Below are positions 1-7,057 of a stretch of 64,000 nt of DNA, one piece after another (the first letter of the stretch is position 1; each line of letters opens with the position of its first letter). Position numbers and translations under genes: made by a program. Where the stretch lies: the sequence record MK047718.1; one strand, written 5' to 3'. Source of the stretch: Escherichia phage p000y. The notes under the pieces are model-generated. The model was not told the origin of the DNA and ran no database searches. It saw only the letters and a list, made by a program, of their open reading frames with translations.

Positions 1-1397
1 GCCATAACGTAATTGTTAACTGGTGTGATATTATTCCTGACTTTGGTTCATGGTCTTGGAATGTTAACGCAATCTATGTTAAGGGTGATGAATGTCGATA
101 TAATTTCGATGGTGAAAATATCACTAACGTAGGTTCAACAGGTGGTAATGTTGTAGGAATTTATCAGTTCAAAGACTGGGAATTCTACATGGGTTCTACT
201 GATGAGGAAATTCACGAATACTGCAAAGGTCGTGATTTCGTAGAATTCCTTTACGGCAGTGCATTCAATAAATCAGAGCTTATGAATCTAATTGATTTAG
301 GTGATATGCCTAAACTTGAAAAGGCTCATGAAGTTCGTGAACTGAATCGTAGTTTTAATGCAGTTGAAATTGGCGAAGAAACTGTAACTAAATTCGCGTT
401 AACCGAACAAGGTCGAGCTCTTCAAAAAGATGAGATTTCATGGTATTTGAAAGTGAAATCAGATTCAGTTCCTCAGTTAGTTTCGGTAAATGAAAATAAT
501 TTTGAAATGGAACGTATTAAAGGTAAGCCGGCATTTGAATATATTAAATCCAAATCAAGTCTTGCTCGTCCACAAATTGTTGATGCAATTTTAGATGCAC
601 TGAAATTCAGCACGGACACTTATTTTGTAAGTCCTGAAACTGTTCGCCGTGATTTCACTAAAGAGTTCTATACGAAAGTTATTGATCGTTGTGAAAGCAT
701 TCAGCCATTGATTGATTCATTTGGTAAAATCACACACGTGAACTACACTAAAATTGGACGTCTGAAGCCAATGTTGAAACAAGCTTTAGAACATCTTATT
801 CGTTATCATAACCGTTCTCAGGGACAGTACTCTGTTATTCATGGTGACCCGAACTTCAGTAATACTATGATTACCGATAACGGCGAAGTCAAGTTTATCG
901 ACCCTCGTGGATATTTTGGTGAAACCAAGATTTACGGGCCAAAATTATATGATGAAGCTAAAGTGCTTTATGCTGTTTCAGGTTATGATGAATTCAATGC
1001 TAATCCGACCTGGGGACAGTTTACTATTGATGAAACAACTTGTAATGTGACTATTAACATCAATCCATTAGTTTACAAATATGGAAAGATGAGTTCGTTT
1101 AACGAGTATCATCATTTGGCTGTAGCAATTATCTGGATTGCATTAGGTGGTTATTTCAAGAATAATCCACTTAAAGCGGTTGCCGCATATTATAAAGGTA
1201 TGGAACTTCTGACTAAGCAATTACGTAACATGGGCCGTGTACTTCAAGACGGCTCTATTAGTTATGACGTAGCAGAACCTGTAACGGCTACTCTGATTAC
1301 AAAAAATCCTGGTAAATGGGTACTAACTGATAAAGAAACTGGTGTTTCCTATCGTCCAATCGGCGGCGATATCACTCATCAATGGGAACGAATCTAA
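1..1397 (+). CDS. 5'-truncated fusion protein: C-terminal part of a LicC/MurU-like nucleotidyltransferase joined to an APH/choline-kinase-fold (LicA/AmgK-like) kinase
   Basis: Frame 3 is open from the window edge (HNVIVNWCDIIPDFGSW...GGNVVGIYQFKDWEFY) into tracked ORF 189-1397, so the first Met is not the real start. The kinase half has the HxDxxxxN signature (IHGDPNFSN) followed by Mg-binding FIDPRG. The NTase assignment of the N-terminal remnant is weak. Confidence 0.55.
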   Translation, partial: HNVIVNWCDIIPDFGSWSWNVNAIYVKGDECRYNFDGENITNVGSTGGNVVGIYQFKDWEFYMGSTDEEIHEYCKGRDFVEFLYGSAFNKSELMNLIDLGDMPKLEKAHEVRELNRSFNAVEIGEETVTKFALTEQGRALQKDEISWYLKVKSDSVPQLVSVNENNFEMERIKGKPAFEYIKSKSSLARPQIVDAILDALKFSTDTYFVSPETVRRDFTKEFYTKVIDRCESIQPLIDSFGKITHVNYTKIGRLKPMLKQALEHLIRYHNRSQGQYSVIHGDPNFSNTMITDNGEVKFIDPRGYFGETKIYGPKLYDEAKVLYAVSGYDEFNANPTWGQFTIDETTCNVTININPLVYKYGKMSSFNEYHHLAVAIIWIALGGYFKNNPLKAVAAYYKGMELLTKQLRNMGRVLQDGSISYDVAEPVTATLITKNPGKWVLTDKETGVSYRPIGGDITHQWERI

Positions 1398-1783
1398 TGC
1401 ACCGTGTAGAAAACATGCTTAATCTTTGTTTTGATGTCGATGATTGTATAACAGAGTGGAATAACAATCGTGATTACGTGAACTTCAAACCAGACGTCGA
1501 AATGGTGTCTGCCATTAATGCCCTGTATGATGCAGGGCATACCATAACGCTTTACACTGCCCGTGGTATGAAGTCGGTAGGTCCTGGTCGTATAGCAATT
1601 GACATTCTCCCAAGTCTGATTCAGAACTTGGAAAACATTGGTTTGAAGTACCATAATTTGCTAACACATAAACCAGTATATGATTGGATTATCGACGACA
1701 AAGCTATGCGTCCTGACGAATTCAAAGCTCTTATGAATAAAGGCGAATTCGAAACATTTAAATCATATAAACCAAATCTATAA
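1397..1783 (+). CDS. small HAD-superfamily phosphatase
   Basis: ATG at 1397 overlaps the upstream stop (TAATG). HAD motif I is FDVDDCIT near the N-terminus, motif II LYTARG, motif IV WIIDDKA. 128 aa. Confidence 0.6.
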   Translation: MHRVENMLNLCFDVDDCITEWNNNRDYVNFKPDVEMVSAINALYDAGHTITLYTARGMKSVGPGRIAIDILPSLIQNLENIGLKYHNLLTHKPVYDWIIDDKAMRPDEFKALMNKGEFETFKSYKPNL

Positions 1784-1829
1784 TAATTTAAGTAAGACCT
1801 GCAAAAACCATCGCATCAATTAACGCGAG

Positions 1830-2999
1830 ATGCAAAAAATGAATACTTTTAAAATCGGAACGAATTTTGATTTAGCTCTTCTTGATAAAATCGTAGAGCT
1901 CAATAAAACCTATCCTAATAGCTTGATAAACGAAGTATATGGCTCTACAAGAGAAATGGCTTTTGTAGCAGCCAGACCTGATTTTAGGCTTCCTGACGTT
2001 GACAAAAAGATGTTAGAAGACTACGTTAAACGTTGTAACGAATTAGGTATTTGCTTTAACTATACACTCAACACGATAAATCCTGGTTCAAAAAGAGAAC
2101 TAGTTGAGTGGAAGAAGAAAGCTATTCAGGATTATGTTCAGTATCTTTGGTCAATAGGCGTATGGCGTATTACTATCGCTAACCCTGTTGTTATGGAAAT
2201 TGTTCGTGAAGTCAATAAAGATATTGAGATTGAAGTTTCAACAATTCTACATGTCGATGCGGTAACTCAAATCAAATACTTACATGACCAATATAACATC
2301 AAAAAGGTCTGTTGCGGAATTCATAAGAACCGTTCAGTTTCTTTCCTGAAGCGTGCAGCAGAGTTTTGCAATAAGAACAATATAATATTTGAAGTTCTTG
2401 TAAATGAGTTCTGTTCTAATGCTGGTAAAGGGTATACAACACATTGTAGTTATCGTGACTCTTGCTATATTTTCCATAGTACTGATGTTACCGCTGATGA
2501 TGCTAAATCCTTAAATGGATATCCTATGCAGCACTGTATTAAAGCTCGTGATACAGACCCATTTAACTGGTTGAGAACTCGTTTTGTTCGTCCTCAAGAT
2601 TTGAAACTTTATAATGATATTGGTATCACTCAATTCAAAGTTTCAGGACGTACAGGTAGCACAGACTACATTTTGAAAGTTCTTGAAGCATACGCTTCTG
2701 AAAAGTTTGAAGGTAATTTGTTAGAACTGTGGAAGCCTTTAGAGACTATTTTCACTCTTGAAAATGAGACTGAGTTTTCACATACAGTAAATATTGAAAC
2801 CTCTTTGTTAGATGGCTTTTTAGAAAAAAGGTGGTTCAGACATCCAGATTTTGATTGTGCTAATGAAATCTGTGGGTCAACGTGTACATATTGTGAAAGG
2901 TATTATAAACGTCAATTATCTAAAAACGGGTTAGCAGAAAACTCCATATCTATTATTGATATAACTAACTCTGATGACGCTTTGAGGTACCCGGAATGA
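1830..2999 (+). CDS. peptidase-U32-family protein (TIM-barrel, Cys-rich / Fe-S type)
   Basis: 389 aa with a UbiU/YhbU-like layout. N-terminal FKIGTNFDLALLDKIVEL, CFNYTLNT, central Cys cluster EFCSNAGKGYTTHCSYRDSC...HC, and ITQFKVSGRTGSTDYILKVLEAY (compare the family KIEGR segment). Extra C-terminal CANEICGSTCTYC cluster. Confidence 0.6.
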   Translation: MQKMNTFKIGTNFDLALLDKIVELNKTYPNSLINEVYGSTREMAFVAARPDFRLPDVDKKMLEDYVKRCNELGICFNYTLNTINPGSKRELVEWKKKAIQDYVQYLWSIGVWRITIANPVVMEIVREVNKDIEIEVSTILHVDAVTQIKYLHDQYNIKKVCCGIHKNRSVSFLKRAAEFCNKNNIIFEVLVNEFCSNAGKGYTTHCSYRDSCYIFHSTDVTADDAKSLNGYPMQHCIKARDTDPFNWLRTRFVRPQDLKLYNDIGITQFKVSGRTGSTDYILKVLEAYASEKFEGNLLELWKPLETIFTLENETEFSHTVNIETSLLDGFLEKRWFRHPDFDCANEICGSTCTYCERYYKRQLSKNGLAENSISIIDITNSDDALRYPE

Positions 3000-3235
3000 T
3001 TTCTAGAAAAAGTTTTAATTATAAACTTAACGAAGAGATTTTGACTATGAAACTGAACACTAACGAACAAATTCTTAAAAAGGCCCTTATGGGCCTGTTT
3101 GAAACCAAAGCGGCTAAAGTGATTAAAGAACCTGTTCAATTGGAATACTACACTGATGCATTCCTTCATAGTGTTCTTGGAAGTATAGATTCTGAAGCTT
3201 TACGTTATATCAACATTGTCAAGAAATTCAAATAA
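2996..3235 (+). CDS. hypothetical protein (79 aa)
   Basis: ATGA overlap with the U32 stop suggests translational coupling. No recognisable family. Confidence 0.5.
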   Translation: MISRKSFNYKLNEEILTMKLNTNEQILKKALMGLFETKAAKVIKEPVQLEYYTDAFLHSVLGSIDSEALRYINIVKKFK

Positions 3236-3258
3236 GCTTTACGAATTGAGTATATAAT
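3235..3258 (+). promoter_or_regulatory. MotA-dependent middle promoter (hydroxymethylase-like gene)
   Basis: MotA-box-like AGCTTTA 3235-3241, 11-nt spacer, -10 TATAAT 3253-3258. Confidence 0.5.
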
Positions 3259-3277
3259 AAATTGTATTGAGGTAAAC

Positions 3278-3994
3278 ATGGGAAAACATAACACAATGAA
3301 ATATATCAAAGCCGCAGATTTTCAAACCGCATTTAAAGCAGTCAATCGTGAAATTTTAGAAAACCCGGAATTCGTAACTGATTCTCGTATTGGACGTTGT
3401 AATGAAATTGGGTCTATGACAGTAGTTGTTGACACTCCATCATCATTCAAAATGACCGACCCACGTATTAACCGCATCTCTTATGAATATGCCGAAGACT
3501 TCTGGAAGTTTATGATTTCTGGTGGTACCAACGCAGAAGAAGCGTTTAAGGCATATCCTAATGTCGCTAAATTTATTTCTAAACCAAAATCAGATGTTTT
3601 GCCGGCGAACTTCAACACTTTCTATGGTCCTCGCATTGCGGCCCAATTACCAACTCTTCTAAAAGAACTTAAAGAAAAACCTAACTCTCGAAGAGTTGTG
3701 TTCCAAATTCTAGAAAGTTCTGATCAGGCTTTGCTTGATTCGGACGAAACACTTGAATATCCATGTACTGACTCAGTAACTTATTATATTCGTGATGGTA
3801 AGCTTTATACCCACTGTCATATGCGTTCTCAGAACTGTGCTGTTGTTATGCAGTTGGATTTTTATCTCCAAGGAAAATTACTTCATTATATCGCTAACGA
3901 ATGCGGTGTAGAAGTTGGTGATTATACTCATACCATGGTAAGTGCCCATGTGTTTGAACGTGATTTTGATTATGTTAAAGGATTCCTTGACTAA
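3278..3994 (+). CDS. thymidylate-synthase-fold deoxycytidylate hydroxymethylase-like enzyme (gene 42 position, divergent from T4 gp42)
   Basis: TS-family blocks NSRRVVFQI, catalytic Cys in EYPCTDSVTYYIRDGKL, HMRSQNCAVVMQLDFY with Asp where true TS has Asn. GAGG SD lies 8 nt upstream and a MotA-box promoter sits at 3235-3258. Confidence 0.7.
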   Translation: MGKHNTMKYIKAADFQTAFKAVNREILENPEFVTDSRIGRCNEIGSMTVVVDTPSSFKMTDPRINRISYEYAEDFWKFMISGGTNAEEAFKAYPNVAKFISKPKSDVLPANFNTFYGPRIAAQLPTLLKELKEKPNSRRVVFQILESSDQALLDSDETLEYPCTDSVTYYIRDGKLYTHCHMRSQNCAVVMQLDFYLQGKLLHYIANECGVEVGDYTHTMVSAHVFERDFDYVKGFLD

Positions 3995-4893
3995 TGGCTA
4001 TTTTCCGCGTACCAATCTTGAGTATGCGGTCTTATGAAACTGGACAGTATGCTATCCTTAAGGATGGCAACTTCCAACTTCATTTGCACCGTGCTAATCC
4101 GGGTGATGTGATTACATATCCACGTAATGCATCTGATATTAAAGAATGCGAACGTCTTTTCCCAGAATTTAAGTTTGTTCCATTATGGTATAAAGATAAC
4201 GCGTATAACACTCGTAAATATTTCTGGACTGAAAATGAATTTGTGGTTGATTCATTAATTGATTATTATGATTGTGATTTTCTAATCACAGATATCACTG
4301 GTTATGGCGGCGCTTTTGATGTGGAATTCAATTTCAATATCACTGCAGACCCTAATAAACCACGTTTTTATATTGATGAATTCTTAAAAACCGACATGTT
4401 GTCTGTTAATCGTTCACTTCAAACTACTGTGTTGAATGAACGTCAAAAAGAAGTGCTGGTTAACGCAGGTGCAGATGGTAATAAGATTATCGTAACGCAG
4501 AAAGTTATACGTCCTTCCATCATGCAGCGTCTTGTAGGTGATTTGGCTCCTATTCATCTAGATGGTATTTTTCATCCATTTCGAATTAGTGACCCATGTT
4601 ATCGTTTTGAACAAGTGGTTGAATGTGCAATTCAATTAGGTCAACCGCTTTATATAACCGATCCAAATAATAGCTTCGACAGAAATAAGTATCCTGAAGA
4701 AGCGCTGATTCGAATTTTTAAACCAACTAAAACTGAGTACTATCAAATTCTTAAAGGACGTCCGAAAATTCAATATTTCGAAAATCCTGAAGAAGTATTC
4801 CATCCAGGTCTTGGTGAGTTCATCTACTTTAATGCTTTAATTTCTTCGCCGTATAATATACCTAAATACGAAGATGTCGTAATCGAGGAATAA
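3994..4893 (+). CDS. hypothetical 299-aa protein in the T4 beta-glucosyltransferase slot; candidate DNA sugar transferase
   Basis: TAATG-coupled to the hydroxymethylase-like gene and lying between it and uvsX, where T4 has beta-gt. No motif I can assign firmly (HPFRISDP, FHPGLGEF). The function is inferred from position only. Confidence 0.45.
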   Translation: MAIFRVPILSMRSYETGQYAILKDGNFQLHLHRANPGDVITYPRNASDIKECERLFPEFKFVPLWYKDNAYNTRKYFWTENEFVVDSLIDYYDCDFLITDITGYGGAFDVEFNFNITADPNKPRFYIDEFLKTDMLSVNRSLQTTVLNERQKEVLVNAGADGNKIIVTQKVIRPSIMQRLVGDLAPIHLDGIFHPFRISDPCYRFEQVVECAIQLGQPLYITDPNNSFDRNKYPEEALIRIFKPTKTEYYQILKGRPKIQYFENPEEVFHPGLGEFIYFNALISSPYNIPKYEDVVIEE

Positions 4894-4894
4894 A

Positions 4895-5443
4895 ATGGCT
4901 AAAATTATTTTAGTAGATGGCCCGGATAATGCTGGTAAAACAACTTTCATTAATGACATAATGGAAATTAGTGAAAGATATGTAAAGATTGATTTCCCTA
5001 AACGAACAGTTGATGGACGTTTCGATGTTAAGTCTCGAAATGAAGTTGGCTGTTTCGAAACGATGTTGAATTATTTAGACCCTACTAAGATTTATCTGTT
5101 AGACCGTGGATATATTAGTAACTGGGTTTATGGACGTATTCGACAAGATGCGGACTCGATTCTTGACGTTTATGAACAGGACTATGTTCGTCTTTGCCAA
5201 AACCATGATGTGTTCACAATTATTTTAACACGTAACGAAATGACTGAAAGTTTTGAAGACGACCTTATTACTTTGTCTTCATTCGGTTTTAATACAGTCA
5301 TTTCACATTTTGAAGAGTTTGCAATTCATAACAAAATCCAAACGTATCAATTACTTAATCATGATGGTGCTAACAAAGTTATAGGATTTAATGCAAGCGA
5401 ACGTAATTATTTGATTACAGAAATTATCAAATGGGCTCGTTAA
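4895..5443 (+). CDS. P-loop thymidylate-kinase-like (d)NMP kinase
   Basis: Walker A GPDNAGKTT near the N-terminus and a TMK-like DR[YH] motif (DRGYISNWVYG). 182 aa. Unlike T4 gp1. Confidence 0.6.
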   Translation: MAKIILVDGPDNAGKTTFINDIMEISERYVKIDFPKRTVDGRFDVKSRNEVGCFETMLNYLDPTKIYLLDRGYISNWVYGRIRQDADSILDVYEQDYVRLCQNHDVFTIILTRNEMTESFEDDLITLSSFGFNTVISHFEEFAIHNKIQTYQLLNHDGANKVIGFNASERNYLITEIIKWAR

Positions 5444-5463
5444 GAGCCATTTAAAGTTTTAAA

Positions 5464-5488
5464 TGCTGTATAACCCTTAGTATATAAT
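5464..5488 (+). promoter_or_regulatory. MotA-dependent middle promoter (uvsX)
   Basis: MotA box variant TGCTGTA 5464-5470, 12-nt spacer, TATAAT 5483-5488. T4 uvsX is a classic middle gene. Confidence 0.6.
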
Positions 5489-5541
5489 CATCTTATCTTT
5501 TAAACATGAGTAAAATATAATGATGCCTATGGAAAAATACA

Positions 5542-6714
5542 ATGTCTGATTTAAAATCTCGTCTGATTAAAGCTTCTACTTCTAAAATGACTGCAGACTT
5601 GACTAAGTCTAAGCTGTTTAATAATCGTGATGAAGTCCCTACTCGTATTCCGATGTTGAATATTGCATTAGGTGGTGCACTGAATGCCGGGTTGCAATCA
5701 GGCTTAACTATTTTTGCTGCTCCTTCTAAACACTTTAAAACGTTGTTTGGGCTGACCATGGTTGCAGCATATATGAAGAAATATAAAGATGCAATCTGTT
5801 TGTTTTATGACTCAGAATTCGGTGCTTCAGAATCTTATTTTCGTTCAATGGGTGTTGATTTAGACCGTGTAGTTCATACTCCGATTCAATCTGTCGAACA
5901 ACTTAAAGTTGATATGACTAATCAGCTTGACGCGATTGAACGCGGTGATAAAGTTATTATCTTTATCGATTCAATCGGTAATACTGCATCTAAGAAAGAA
6001 ACCGAAGATGCGTTGAACGAGAAAGTTGTAGGTGATATGTCTCGTGCTAAGGCACTTAAATCTCTGTTTCGCATTGTGACCCCGTATCTGACTATTAAAG
6101 ATATTCCGTGTGTTGCAATTAACCATACCGCAATGGAAATCGGCGGACTATATCCTAAAGAGATTATGGGTGGTGGTACAGGTATTCTTTACTCTGCTAA
6201 CACTGTATTCTTTATCTCTAAACGTCAGGTTAAAGAAGGTACAGAATTGACCGGTTATGACTTCACGTTGAAAGCAGAAAAATCTCGTACAGTTAAAGAG
6301 AAATCTACTTTCCCAATCACAGTTAATTTTGATGGTGGTATCGACCCATTCAGTGGCTTGTTAGAAATGGCAACTGAAATTGGTTTTGTAGTTAAGCCTA
6401 AAGCCGGGTGGTATGCTCGTGAATTCCTTGACGAAGAAACAGGTGAAATGATTCGTGAAGAGAAATCATGGCGTGCTAAAGCTACTGATTGTGTAGAATT
6501 CTGGGGACCGTTGTTTAAACACAAACCTTTCCGTGACGCAATTGAAACTAAATATAAACTAGGTGCTATCTCTTCTATTAAAGAAGTTGATGACGCTGTT
6601 AATGACCTTATTAATTGCAAAGCAACAACTAAAGTTCCGGTTAAAACTTCTGATGCTCCGTCTGCAGCAGATATAGAAAACGACCTTGATGAAATGGAAG
6701 ATTTCGATGAATAA
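5542..6714 (+). CDS. uvsX: UvsX RecA-like recombinase
   Basis: Near-colinear with T4 UvsX as I recall it (MSDLKSRLIKASTSK..., GGGTG, acidic C-terminal tail). 390 aa. Confidence 0.97.
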   Translation: MSDLKSRLIKASTSKMTADLTKSKLFNNRDEVPTRIPMLNIALGGALNAGLQSGLTIFAAPSKHFKTLFGLTMVAAYMKKYKDAICLFYDSEFGASESYFRSMGVDLDRVVHTPIQSVEQLKVDMTNQLDAIERGDKVIIFIDSIGNTASKKETEDALNEKVVGDMSRAKALKSLFRIVTPYLTIKDIPCVAINHTAMEIGGLYPKEIMGGGTGILYSANTVFFISKRQVKEGTELTGYDFTLKAEKSRTVKEKSTFPITVNFDGGIDPFSGLLEMATEIGFVVKPKAGWYAREFLDEETGEMIREEKSWRAKATDCVEFWGPLFKHKPFRDAIETKYKLGAISSIKEVDDAVNDLINCKATTKVPVKTSDAPSAADIENDLDEMEDFDE

Positions 6715-7048
6715 TCTCGATGATTTAAATCTAGAAATCGTTGATGAATCCCCTTCTTCGGAAGGGGAAGACATTCGCAAAGAACGAGTGTTTAATGAAT
6801 CTCTTAAAATTGTCCGTTCAGCAATGGAAAATGTCATTCAAGAGATTCTGATTACGCTTGAAGATGGTTCTCATCATATAGTCTATATTACAAAACTAGA
6901 CTGGGTTGGTGGTAAAATCGTAATGGACTTTGCAGTTCTTGACCAGGGCAGAAAAGCAGAACTTGCACCACATGTTGAAAAATGTGTTACAATGCAAGTA
7001 CAACAAGCTTTTAATGAACGGACCAAGAAAAAATTTAAATTCTTTTAA
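6707..7048 (+). CDS. 40: gp40 head vertex assembly chaperone (by position)
   Basis: Small ORF between uvsX and 41 as in T4. The tracked ORF starts at TTG 6686; I prefer ATG 6707 (GGAAG SD 7 nt upstream, ATGA-type overlap with the uvsX stop). Confidence 0.6.
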   Translation: MNNLDDLNLEIVDESPSSEGEDIRKERVFNESLKIVRSAMENVIQEILITLEDGSHHIVYITKLDWVGGKIVMDFAVLDQGRKAELAPHVEKCVTMQVQQAFNERTKKKFKFF

Positions 7049-7057
7049 GGAGTTATC

